This document shows, one piece after another, positions 1-9,019 of a DNA stretch of 64,000 nt. Every line of letters begins with the position of its first letter. Positions within the stretch are counted from its first letter, which is position 1. Both the position numbers and the translations under genes were made by a program. The DNA is taken from positions 13,064 to 77,063 of the forward strand of contig JAZPYP010000028.1 in assembly GCA_045544255.1 (NCBI GenBank), given 5' to 3'. This DNA comes from Eubacteriales bacterium. Its GTDB lineage: Bacteria > Bacillota > Clostridia > Oscillospirales > QAKW01. Below the pieces are notes generated by a model that was not told where the DNA came from, did no database searches, and saw only the letters and a program-made list of their open reading frames with translations.

Positions 1-219
1 AGTCGTTTTTCCTTCTCCGGCAGGAGTAGGAGTAATTGCGGTAACAAGAACCAGCTTCCCGTCTTTACGCTCTTTTTTAAGCAAGGAAAGATCGATCTTT
101 GCCTTATATTTGCCATAATGCTCCAAATATTCTTCTTCCACATGGGCGGTGGCGGCAATTTCGGAGATTGGCTTCATTTTACATTGCTGTGCAATTTCAA
201 TATCGCTTAAATATGCCAT
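1..219 (-). CDS. fhs: Formate--tetrahydrofolate ligase, N-terminal fragment (continues beyond left edge)
   Basis: Not in the ORF track (edge). Minus-strand ATG at 219-217 gives [22 protein letters not shown]...[20 protein letters not shown], the characteristic Fhs N-terminus and P-loop. It begins 12 nt after the purL stop, so it is probably co-transcribed. Confidence 0.85.
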   Translation of the reverse strand, partial: MAYLSDIEIAQQCKMKPISEIAATAHVEEEYLEHYGKYKAKIDLSLLKKERKDGKLVLVTAITPTPAGEGKTT

Positions 220-231
220 TTTCAAAGCTCC

Positions 232-3200
232 TTACTTTTTAAAATACTCAACCGCAGAGCGGAACATTTTCAGATCATATTCGCCGAGCACGTTCCGATA
301 GAGACCATCTGCATAGCGCTCGGAATGGCCCATTTTACCAAATACGCGGCCATCAGGAGAAGTAATACCCTCAATGGCGAAGCAGGAATCATTGGGATTG
401 AAGCGAATATCAGAGGTGGCATTGCCGGCCATATCCACATATTGAGTGGCAATCTGACCATTTTCTGCCAACTGACGAATCAGCTTTTCATCGGCAAGGA
501 AGCGCCCCTCACCATGAGAGATGGGCACAGAATATACATCGCCAACATTTGCGGCCGCAAGCCAAGGCGATTTATTGGAGGCAACGCGGGTCTGAACCAT
601 TCTGGATTGATGCCTTGCAATGGTATTAAAGGTAAGAGTGGGGCAATTTTCATCGGTATCGATGATCTTGCCATAGGGCACAAGGCCAAGCTTGATCAAA
701 GCCTGAAAGCCGTTGCAAATACCAAGCATCAAGCCATCTCTTTGCTCCAAAAGCGCAGTAACCTGCTCCTTCACAGCAGCATTGCGGAAGAATGCAGTAA
801 TAAACTTACCGGAGCCCTCCGGCTCATCACCACCTGAGAAACCGCCGGGAACAAATACAATTTGAGATTCCTTCAATTTTTGACTAAAGAGTTCAACACT
901 GCGATTGATCCCTTCAGCAGAGCGGTTATTAATAACAAAGATTTCCGGATCCGCTCCTGCATCCCGCATGGCTCTTGCGCTATCGAATTCGCAGTTGGTA
1001 CCGGGGAATACAGGAATCAAAACCTTGGGCTTGGCCACCTTAATTGCAGGAGAAACGCGCTCATGAGCCTCATAAGAGAAGTTTTCCATCGGTTGATCGG
1101 GATGCTTGATATTGCAGCTAAATACACTCTCAAGCTTATCTTCATAAAGGGATTGAATTTCGGCGAAAGCGACCTTTTCTGTGCCCCTTACAAACGATTT
1201 ATCTTCGGTTACCAGACCAATCTGCAAACCAAAATCGCAATCCTCTGCCATCTCAAGAAGGAAGCTGCCATATTGATAGCCAAAGAGTTCCTCCATGGTG
1301 CGATCTTCATCAAAAGCAAAACCAAAGCCATCGCCCATAGCCATCTTGATAACCGCCTCGGCAACACCGCCAAAACCGGGGGTATAAGCGGTAACAGCCT
1401 TGCCGGAGCGCAGAAGATCGGTAACAGTATCAAAAAGCTTCATCAAAGAAGATGCATCGGGAAGATGATTTTCATTATATTCAGGACGAAGCAAAACAAC
1501 CCGATTGCCGGCCTTCTTAAAATGATTGGGAACAATCTCGCCGGTTTTTCCGGTTGTAACCGCGAAAGAAACCAATGTAGGCGGAACATCCAGATCCTCG
1601 AAAGTACCGCTCATGGAATCCTTACCGCCGATAGCGGCAATTCCCAAATCTTTTTGCGCTTCAAAAGCGCCAAGCAAAGCGGCCAAAGGCTTGCCCCAGC
1701 GCTTTCCGTCTTTACCGGGGCGCTCAAAATATTCTTGGAAAGTAAGATAAACATCCTCAAATTTTGCACCGGTTGCAATCAGCTTACATACAGATTCCAC
1801 TACTGCAAGATAAGCACCATGATAAGGGCTCTTTTCAGCAACATAAGGATTATAACCCCAAGCCATTAATGAGCAATCATCGGTATGCTTTTCTTCCATG
1901 GAAATCTTCTGCACCATAGCCTGAATCGGGGTCATTTGATATTTTCCGCCAAAAGGCATCAAAACAGTACCGGCGCCAATGGTGGAATCAAAACGCTCGG
2001 AAAGGCCGCGCTTGGAGCAAACATTAAGATCTTCTGCAAGGGATTTAAGTTCTTTACCAAAATCCTCTCCCACCTTTTTGCGATAGCAAGTAGGAGCCGC
2101 GGGAGTAATGGAAATATGCTTTTCTGCACCGTTGGAATTCAAGAACTCTCGGCTGATATCAACAATCACCTTGCCATTCCAATGCATTACCAAGCGAGGA
2201 TCGGCCTGAACAGTTGCAACAACAGTTGCCTCAAGATTTTCTTGGTCGGCAAGAGCCACAAAGCGCTCCACATCCTTCGGCTCCACCACAACAGCCATTC
2301 TCTCTTGAGATTCGCTGATTGCAAGTTCGGTTCCATCCAAACCATCATATTTTTTAGGAACAGCATTCAAATCGATCGTTAAGCCATCGGCCAACTCACC
2401 GATAGCAACAGAAACACCGCCTGCACCAAAATCATTGCAGCGCTTGATCATGCGGCAAGCCTCGTAGTTACGGAAAAGGCGCTGCAGTTTGCGCTCTTCC
2501 GGAGCATTACCCTTCTGCACCTCTGCGCCGCAGCTTTCCAAAGACTGCAAGGTATGGGATTTGGAAGAACCGGTTGCACCACCGCAACCATCGCGGCCGG
2601 TGCGGCCACCCAAAAGAATTACAACATCGCCGGGAGCAGGGCATTCTCTGCGAACATTCTCGGCAGGAGCGGCACCAACAACGGCGCCGATTTCCATTCT
2701 TTTGGCTGCATAACCATCATGGTAAAGCTCATCAACAATGCCGGTAGCAAGACCGATCTGATTACCATAAGAGGAATAGCCCGCCGCTGCAGTAGTTACA
2801 ATTTTTCGCTGAGGCAGTTTTCCTGCCATGGTTTCTTTAACCGGCTTTAAAGGATCTGCAGCGCCGGTTACGCGCATCGCGCCATAAACATAGCTTCTGC
2901 CGGATAAAGGATCCCGAATCGCGCCGCCGATGCAAGTTGCAGCACCGCCAAAAGGCTCAATTTCGGTAGGATGATTATGAGTTTCATTTTTAAAGAGCAA
3001 AAGCCAAGGCTCTTTTTTGCCATCGGCCTCCACCTCGATCTTAACTGTGCAGGCATTGATTTCTTCGGATTCATCAAGCTTATCCAGTTTTCCGTGGGCC
3101 TTAAGATATTTAGCCGCAAGGGTTCCGATATCCATCAAATTGATAGGCTTTACGCGGCCAAGCTCTTTGCGAACCGCAATATAATCATCATAAGCGGCTT

Positions 3201-3924
3201 GAAGCAATTCATCTTCAAACTCCACATTATCAATAGTGGTAAGGAAGGTGGTATGGCGGCAATGATCAGACCAATAAGTATCGATCATGCGAATTTCGGT
3301 AATTGTGGGATCTCTGCCCTCTTTTTGGAAATAAGCCTGGCAGAAAGCGATATCGTCCTCATCCATGGCAAGGCCATAGGCTTTAACAAAATCGGCAAGA
3401 CCGGCCTGATCCAGCTTTAAAAATCCCTCTAAAGTTGCAACTGTTTCGGGAATATCATAAGCAATCTGAAGGGTTTCGGGCTTTTCGAGAGCGGCTTCGC
3501 GGGATTCCACAGGGTTGATAACGCTCTTTTTAATTGCTTCAACCTCTTCTTCGGAAAGATCCCCGTAAAGCAAATATACTTTAGCAGTGCGCACAATGGG
3601 GCGCTCCCCCTGAGAGATGATTTGAATGCATTGGGCAGCGGAATCTGCGCGCTGATCAAACTGACCGGGCAAGAATTCAACTGCAAAAACCTTGGCGCCA
3701 TCTGCATCGATGGCATCATAGGTATTATCAAGCTGAGGCTCTGAAAAAACAGTTTTTACTGCATAATTAAAGAGATCCTCTTCGATATTTTCAACATCAT
3801 AACGATTGATAATTCGCACCGATTCCAAAGATTTGATCTGATGGATATGGCGAATCTCATGGCGCAGATCCCGCGCCTCACCGGCAAGAGCCGGTTTCTT
3901 TTCAACAAAAATTCGGTATACCAA
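232..3924 (-). CDS. purL: Phosphoribosylformylglycinamidine (FGAM) synthase, single-chain large form
   Basis: 1230-aa ORF. Two AIR-synthase-like repeats (HNHPTEIEPFGGAATCIGG; GGKDSMSG) plus a C-terminal class-I glutaminase (GICNGFQ ... SHGEGR). Confidence 0.95.
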   Translation of the reverse strand: MVYRIFVEKKPALAGEARDLRHEIRHIHQIKSLESVRIINRYDVENIEEDLFNYAVKTVFSEPQLDNTYDAIDADGAKVFAVEFLPGQFDQRADSAAQCIQIISQGERPIVRTAKVYLLYGDLSEEEVEAIKKSVINPVESREAALEKPETLQIAYDIPETVATLEGFLKLDQAGLADFVKAYGLAMDEDDIAFCQAYFQKEGRDPTITEIRMIDTYWSDHCRHTTFLTTIDNVEFEDELLQAAYDDYIAVRKELGRVKPINLMDIGTLAAKYLKAHGKLDKLDESEEINACTVKIEVEADGKKEPWLLLFKNETHNHPTEIEPFGGAATCIGGAIRDPLSGRSYVYGAMRVTGAADPLKPVKETMAGKLPQRKIVTTAAAGYSSYGNQIGLATGIVDELYHDGYAAKRMEIGAVVGAAPAENVRRECPAPGDVVILLGGRTGRDGCGGATGSSKSHTLQSLESCGAEVQKGNAPEERKLQRLFRNYEACRMIKRCNDFGAGGVSVAIGELADGLTIDLNAVPKKYDGLDGTELAISESQERMAVVVEPKDVERFVALADQENLEATVVATVQADPRLVMHWNGKVIVDISREFLNSNGAEKHISITPAAPTCYRKKVGEDFGKELKSLAEDLNVCSKRGLSERFDSTIGAGTVLMPFGGKYQMTPIQAMVQKISMEEKHTDDCSLMAWGYNPYVAEKSPYHGAYLAVVESVCKLIATGAKFEDVYLTFQEYFERPGKDGKRWGKPLAALLGAFEAQKDLGIAAIGGKDSMSGTFEDLDVPPTLVSFAVTTGKTGEIVPNHFKKAGNRVVLLRPEYNENHLPDASSLMKLFDTVTDLLRSGKAVTAYTPGFGGVAEAVIKMAMGDGFGFAFDEDRTMEELFGYQYGSFLLEMAEDCDFGLQIGLVTEDKSFVRGTEKVAFAEIQSLYEDKLESVFSCNIKHPDQPMENFSYEAHERVSPAIKVAKPKVLIPVFPGTNCEFDSARAMRDAGADPEIFVINNRSAEGINRSVELFSQKLKESQIVFVPGGFSGGDEPEGSGKFITAFFRNAAVKEQVTALLEQRDGLMLGICNGFQALIKLGLVPYGKIIDTDENCPTLTFNTIARHQSRMVQTRVASNKSPWLAAANVGDVYSVPISHGEGRFLADEKLIRQLAENGQIATQYVDMAGNATSDIRFNPNDSCFAIEGITSPDGRVFGKMGHSERYADGLYRNVLGEYDLKMFRSAVEYFKK

Positions 3925-3931
3925 TGTTCTT

Positions 3932-5203
3932 TTACTCCTCTCTGCCGGCAGCTAGCGCGCGCTGACCGATATCCTTGCGATAAAAAGCATTTTCAAAATG
4001 AATTTTCGAAACCTTTTGGTAGGCAGCATGAATTGCTTCTTCCAAAGAATTTTCTACTGCACAAACGCCTAAAACGCGGCCGCCTGCGCTCAATAGTTTC
4101 TCTCCTTCAAGCTTTGCCCCTGCCACAAAAACACTATCCTTCAATTCATCGGGGATGGAAATTTCCTTGCCGGTTTCATATTTACCGGGGTAACCATCCG
4201 ACGCCATAACAACGCAGCAGGCATTTGCCTCTTTAAATTTCACCTCAGTTGAAGCAAGATTTCCATTGGTGGTTGCCATCATAATGGTTAGCAGATCGCT
4301 TTCCAGCAAAGGCAAGACCACTTGGGTTTCAGGATCTCCAAAGCGGCAATTATATTCAATCACTTTCGGACCATTAGGGGTGAGCATCAAACCGAAATAT
4401 AAGCAGCCTTTAAAGGGACGCCCCTCCGCCTTCATCGCTTCAATGGTAGGTAAAAAGATTTCTTTCATGCAGCGCTCTGCAACTGCAGGAGTATAATAAG
4501 GATTGGGAGCAACAGTGCCCATACCGCCGGTATTAAGGCCTTGATCGCCATCTAATGCCCGCTTATGATCCATTGAGGAAACCATGGGAACAACACAATT
4601 TCCATCGGTGAAGGAAAGAACAGATACCTCCGGACCGGTAAGAAACTCTTCAATTACCACGCGGCTTCCGCTTTCGCCAAAAACCTTATCCTCCATCATG
4701 GAGCGAACAGCATCCTTCGCCTCTTCGCGAGTCATTGCAATAACAACACCCTTTCCGAGGGCAAGGCCATCGGCCTTAATAACAGTGGGGATTGGTGCAT
4801 TCTCCAAGTAGCTGAGCGCTTCCTCGCAATCGGTAAAAACAGCGTATTCCGCAGTTGGAATATGATATTTTTTCATCAAATCCTTGGAGAAAACTTTGCT
4901 TCCTTCAATGATCGCAGCATTAGCCCGCGGGCCAAAGCACGGGATCCCCTTTTCATTGAGGGCATCTACCGCACCCAAAACCAAAGGATCATCAGGGGCA
5001 ACTACTGCATAATCAATTTTTTGATCCACCGCAAAGGCAACGATTTTTTCAATCTCTTTGGCACCGATAGGAACCAACTCGGCATCTTCAGCCATTCCCC
5101 CATTACCGGGCAAAGCAAAGATTTTTTCAACAGAAGGATTCTCCTTCAGTTTCTTTATAATGGCATGCTCGCGGCCCCCGCCGCCCACAACCAATAATTT
5201 CAT
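3932..5203 (-). CDS. purD: Phosphoribosylamine--glycine ligase
   Basis: 423 aa. N-terminus MKLLVVGGGGREHAI and ATP-grasp core (VIEYNCRFGDPE). Starts 7 nt upstream of purL. Confidence 0.95.
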   Translation of the reverse strand: MKLLVVGGGGREHAIIKKLKENPSVEKIFALPGNGGMAEDAELVPIGAKEIEKIVAFAVDQKIDYAVVAPDDPLVLGAVDALNEKGIPCFGPRANAAIIEGSKVFSKDLMKKYHIPTAEYAVFTDCEEALSYLENAPIPTVIKADGLALGKGVVIAMTREEAKDAVRSMMEDKVFGESGSRVVIEEFLTGPEVSVLSFTDGNCVVPMVSSMDHKRALDGDQGLNTGGMGTVAPNPYYTPAVAERCMKEIFLPTIEAMKAEGRPFKGCLYFGLMLTPNGPKVIEYNCRFGDPETQVVLPLLESDLLTIMMATTNGNLASTEVKFKEANACCVVMASDGYPGKYETGKEISIPDELKDSVFVAGAKLEGEKLLSAGGRVLGVCAVENSLEEAIHAAYQKVSKIHFENAFYRKDIGQRALAAGREE

Positions 5204-5236
5204 ATTGAATACTCCTTTATTTATTGAGCAAAAGCG

Positions 5237-5264
5237 CCGAGATGCCTTAAATATCGCATCTCGG
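5237..5264 (-). terminator. Intra-operon hairpin between purH and purD (weak terminator or processing site)
   Basis: 9-bp inverted repeat CCGAGATGC/GCATCTCGG in the 77-nt purH-purD gap. On the coding strand it is followed only by CGCUUUUG. Confidence 0.3.
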
Positions 5265-5280
5265 TCTGCTTTTTTATAAA

Positions 5281-6465
5281 TTAATGATGGAACAGGCGCA
5301 TACCGGTAAAGGCCATGGCCATATTGTACTTATCGCAACAACGAATTACAACATCATCGCGAATAGAGCCGCCGGGTTGAGCAATATAGGAAACACCGCT
5401 TCTCTTGGCGCGCTCAATATTATCATCAAAGGGGAAGAAGGCATCGCTGCCAAGGGCAACGCCGCTTAAGGAATCAAGATATTCTCTTGCTTCCTCAGCA
5501 GTCAAGGGAGAGGGCTGGCAGGTAAAATATTTCTGCCATACACCATCTTTGCATACATCTTCTTCATTCTTATTAATATAGCTATCAATAACATTATCGC
5601 GATCCGGTCTGCCAAGGGTGGGCAAGAAGGGCAGATTCAAAACCTTTTCATGCTGACGCAAATGCCAAACATCTGCTTTGTTTCCTGCCAGACGAGTGCA
5701 ATGAATGCGGGATTGCTGCCCTGCGCCAACACCGATTGCTTGGCCATCAACTGCATAGCATACGGAATTAGACTGGGTATACTTTAAAGTAATCAAAGCA
5801 ATAATCAGATCACGCTTTGCGGTATCGGGAAGTTCTTTATTTTCAGTAACAAGATTTGCAAGCAATTCCTCATCGATCTTGAATTCATTACGCCCCTGCT
5901 GGAAGGTAATTCCATAAACCTCTTTGGTTTCAACGGGATCAGGGGTAAAATCGGGATCGATCTCAATAATATTATAATTACCATTACGCTTGGATTTCAA
6001 GATTTCGAGCGCTTCATCGGTATAACCGGGAGCAATAATACCATCAGATACCTCGCGCTTAATTAAAAGAGCAGTGGTTTTATCGCAAATATCGGAAAGC
6101 GCAATGAAATCACCAAAGGAGCTCATGCGATCGGTGCCTCTGGCTCTTGCATAAGCGCAAGCTAAAGGAGATTCATCAAGCCCTTCAATATCATCAACAA
6201 AGCAAGCCTTTTTCAGCTCGTCGCTCAAAGGATTGCCAACAGCGGCAGAGGTGGGGCTTACATGCTTAAAGGAAGTAGCGGCAGGTTGGCCCAAGGCTGC
6301 CTTTAATTCCTTCACTAATTGCCAAGAATTAAACGCATCTAAAAAATTAATATAGCCCGGTCTGCCGGAAAGGATCTTAATGGGCAGATCGCTTCCGTCC
6401 TTCATAAAAATCTTCGAAGGTTTTTGGTTGGGATTGCAGCCATATTTCAATTCAAATTCTTTCAT
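5281..6465 (-). CDS. purH: AICAR formyltransferase (PurH transformylase domain only, no IMP cyclohydrolase domain)
   Basis: Start trimmed to MKEFELKYGCNPNQ, with GAAAGGGA RBS upstream. Motifs LKYGCNPNQ and GVGAGQQSRI. About 394 aa, so it lacks the roughly 200-aa MGS-like N-terminal domain of bifunctional PurH. Confidence 0.9.
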   Translation of the reverse strand: MKEFELKYGCNPNQKPSKIFMKDGSDLPIKILSGRPGYINFLDAFNSWQLVKELKAALGQPAATSFKHVSPTSAAVGNPLSDELKKACFVDDIEGLDESPLACAYARARGTDRMSSFGDFIALSDICDKTTALLIKREVSDGIIAPGYTDEALEILKSKRNGNYNIIEIDPDFTPDPVETKEVYGITFQQGRNEFKIDEELLANLVTENKELPDTAKRDLIIALITLKYTQSNSVCYAVDGQAIGVGAGQQSRIHCTRLAGNKADVWHLRQHEKVLNLPFLPTLGRPDRDNVIDSYINKNEEDVCKDGVWQKYFTCQPSPLTAEEAREYLDSLSGVALGSDAFFPFDDNIERAKRSGVSYIAQPGGSIRDDVVIRCCDKYNMAMAFTGMRLFHH

Positions 6466-6479
6466 TATTATTCCCTTTC

Positions 6480-7202
6480 TTATTTGCAATTTTTATTGAT
6501 CATGCGGCTTTCAACCTCGCCGGTAGCAAGATCAATATAGCGCACATAAAGAGAAATCTTATTATCTTCATCCAAATTGGACCAAATATCATTGGTAAAG
6601 GCATCAATATCATCAGGAATGCTAACTCGCTCCGGCTCTCCTTGGAAGGTAGGAATAGGATTACCATCGCAAACATAAGTATGGATAAAATGACCAAGGC
6701 CTTTAAGGGCGGGATAAGAGAAATGATAGCGATTGCAGGCAGAACCTTCCGCATCAGCACTCTTTAAAATGCTCATCTCATAAGTAAAATCGCCCTCATC
6801 AAAGGTCATCATTCCGCTAATGCGCGGAGTCCAGTTGGGGCCGTCGGGCTCAAACTCGCGGGTAGTAAGGGCTTGGGCGAAGGTGCCGCCATCTTTGATA
6901 AAATCATAGATGGTATCGGTCTGATCTCCGTTGGTAACAATAAGCTTATTCTCATATTCCCGCAAAGCAGCATAGATAATCAAAGAAGGATCTTCCACTT
7001 TGGAAGGATCAAAGGGCTCAGTATAAACAGTGCCTTCCTTCTCGGTAAAAATACGATTGCGGCTATTTTCGCTTCTGCCCATAATAAAATAAGCAGTTGC
7101 AGCCTTTTTCCCATCGGGAGTCTTGCCGATTACAACACCGCGACCAACATAGCTATTACCGGCGATTCTTTCGCCCATGGATTTCACTTCATAAATATTC
7201 AT
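6480..7202 (-). CDS. purO: IMP cyclohydrolase, PurO-like (archaeal type)
   Basis: Start trimmed to MNIYEVKSMGERIAGNSYVGRGVVIGKTPDG; its ATG overlaps the purN stop (ATGA). The sequence resembles PurO-type IMP cyclohydrolases, and the gene sits next to a cyclohydrolase-less purH. Confidence 0.8.
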   Translation of the reverse strand: MNIYEVKSMGERIAGNSYVGRGVVIGKTPDGKKAATAYFIMGRSENSRNRIFTEKEGTVYTEPFDPSKVEDPSLIIYAALREYENKLIVTNGDQTDTIYDFIKDGGTFAQALTTREFEPDGPNWTPRISGMMTFDEGDFTYEMSILKSADAEGSACNRYHFSYPALKGLGHFIHTYVCDGNPIPTFQGEPERVSIPDDIDAFTNDIWSNLDEDNKISLYVRYIDLATGEVESRMINKNCK

Positions 7203-7816
7203 ATCTTTTCTCCCTTTCTGATGGCGGCACTGACTTTTTCTACTGCTTGGGGCAGCAAAATCCATTCTGCCTTTTCCATCACCCGTTTTTGAAGAATTTC
7301 AGGGGTATCCCCTTCTTCGATCTCCACCGCCTTTTGAGCGATGATTCTGCCGCCATCCGGCACTTCATTAACAAAATGAACAGTTGCACCGGTAACCTTC
7401 ACTCCATATTCGAGAGCCGCTTCATGGACATGAAGCCCATAAAATCCCGCTCCGCAGAAGGAAGGAATCAGCGAAGGATGCACATTGATCATCCGCTCCG
7501 GCCAACGAGAAGTAAACTCCGCAGATAAAATCTGCATAAACCCTGCCAAAACAATCAGTTCAACGCCATATTCTTCCAAAACAGAAAGAATCTTTTCTTC
7601 AAACTCTTTCCGATCAGCGCATTTTTTTCGATCAACCGTTACAGCAGCAATCCCTGCATTTTCTGCTCTGGTCAGCGCATAAGCCCCTGCGGTTCCGGAA
7701 AGAACCAAGCAAATTTCGCCGTTCTTTAACAAACCGGCCTTTTGGGCATCAATTAATGCTTGAAGATTGGTTCCACCTCCGGATACCAAAACTGCAATTT
7801 TAGTTGCTTCCTTCAA
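7199..7816 (-). CDS. purN: Phosphoribosylglycinamide formyltransferase
   Basis: Motifs KIAVLVSGGGTNLQALID and NVHPSLIPSFCG. The ORF-track start (GTG, 7867) lies inside a structured spacer. TTG at 7816 follows AAGGAGGA by 8 nt and is preferred. The start remains uncertain. Confidence 0.88.
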   Translation of the reverse strand: MKEATKIAVLVSGGGTNLQALIDAQKAGLLKNGEICLVLSGTAGAYALTRAENAGIAAVTVDRKKCADRKEFEEKILSVLEEYGVELIVLAGFMQILSAEFTSRWPERMINVHPSLIPSFCGAGFYGLHVHEAALEYGVKVTGATVHFVNEVPDGGRIIAQKAVEIEEGDTPEILQKRVMEKAEWILLPQAVEKVSAAIRKGEKI

Positions 7817-7975
7817 TGCTTCATCCTCCTTTGGGGGGCAGGACTTGAACCTGCCACGGTCTTTCACGACGCCTTTTCCCGCCTTGCTTGTGTTCCTTTT
7901 TGCAAGACCAGCGCCTATAAATCTTCAACATGCCAAAAAAGCGTTGAAATTATGCCATTTCAGGCAGGTTCGGAC

Positions 7976-9019
7976 TTATTCCAGGATGATCTTATTTTCG
8001 CCCTCAATAATAGAGCCGATGATATAAGGATCTTCGCCCTGCTCCTTAAGGATAGCAAGAGTAGTCTCCACATCTTCGGGAGCCACAACGATGCTCATAC
8101 CAACACCCATATTAAAGGTATTAAACATATCTCTTTCGGGAATGTTGCCAACCTTGGCGATCAAATCAAAGATCGGCAGCACCCGAACAGCGCTTTTATC
8201 GATCTTTGCGCAAAGGCCATCAGGAATGCTTCTGGGAATATTTTCATAAAAACCGCCGCCGGTAATATGGGAAACACCCTTAACGCGAACCTTTTCGAAA
8301 AGAGCGGTCATGGGCTTCACATAAATCTTGGTCGGAGTGAGCAGAGTTTCACCAACAGACTTACCGCCAAGCTCGGCAACAGGCTCTTTGATCTCGGCAT
8401 TTTCAACATCGAAAACCTTGCGCACCAGAGAAAAACCATTGGAATGAACACCGCTTGACGGCAGCGCAATTACAACATCGCCGACCTTCATGGTTTTATT
8501 ATCGATCACTTTTTCCGCATCAACAATGCCCACTGCAAAACCGGCCATATCATATTCATCGATAGGATAAAAACCGGGCATTTCGGCGGTTTCACCACCG
8601 ATCAGAGCGGCGCCACTCTGCACACAGCCTTCAGCAACACCCGAAACAATTTCGGCAATTCGCTCGGGCACGTTCTTACCGCAAGCGATATAATCCAAGA
8701 AAAAGAGAGGCTTTGCACCACAGCAGATAACATCGTTCACACACATGGCAACACAATCGATGCCGACAGTATCGTGCTTATCCATCAAAAAGGCCATCTT
8801 AAGCTTGGTGCCAACACCATCGGTTCCGCTAACAAGCACAGGCTTTTTCATGCCGGAAATATCGGGCATAAACAAGCCGCCAAAACCGCCGATATCAATA
8901 TCGGCACCTGCGGTTTTGGTGCGAGCCACATGACTCTTCATCAATTCTACCGCTTTATATCCGGCGGTAATATCAACGCCGGCTGCAGCATAACTTTCGG
9001 ATCTAGAATTATTCATCAT
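7976..9019 (-). CDS. purM: Phosphoribosylformylglycinamidine cyclo-ligase (AIR synthetase)
   Basis: 347 aa. Motifs [15 protein letters not shown] and [11 protein letters not shown]. Abuts the purF stop. Confidence 0.95.
   Translation of the reverse strand: MMNNSRSESYAAAGVDITAGYKAVELMKSHVARTKTAGADIDIGGFGGLFMPDISGMKKPVLVSGTDGVGTKLKMAFLMDKHDTVGIDCVAMCVNDVICCGAKPLFFLDYIACGKNVPERIAEIVSGVAEGCVQSGAALIGGETAEMPGFYPIDEYDMAGFAVGIVDAEKVIDNKTMKVGDVVIALPSSGVHSNGFSLVRKVFDVENAEIKEPVAELGGKSVGETLLTPTKIYVKPMTALFEKVRVKGVSHITGGGFYENIPRSIPDGLCAKIDKSAVRVLPIFDLIAKVGNIPERDMFNTFNMGVGMSIVVAPEDVETTLAILKEQGEDPYIIGSIIEGENKIILE

Noticed and set aside
7830-7920. Possible minus-strand tRNA gene suggested by GGCAGGTTCAAGTCCTGCC.
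   Set aside because: No complementary 5' acceptor strand, D-arm or anticodon arm can be drawn, and there is no CCA or discriminator context. It is kept only as a T-loop-like hairpin within the structured spacer finding.
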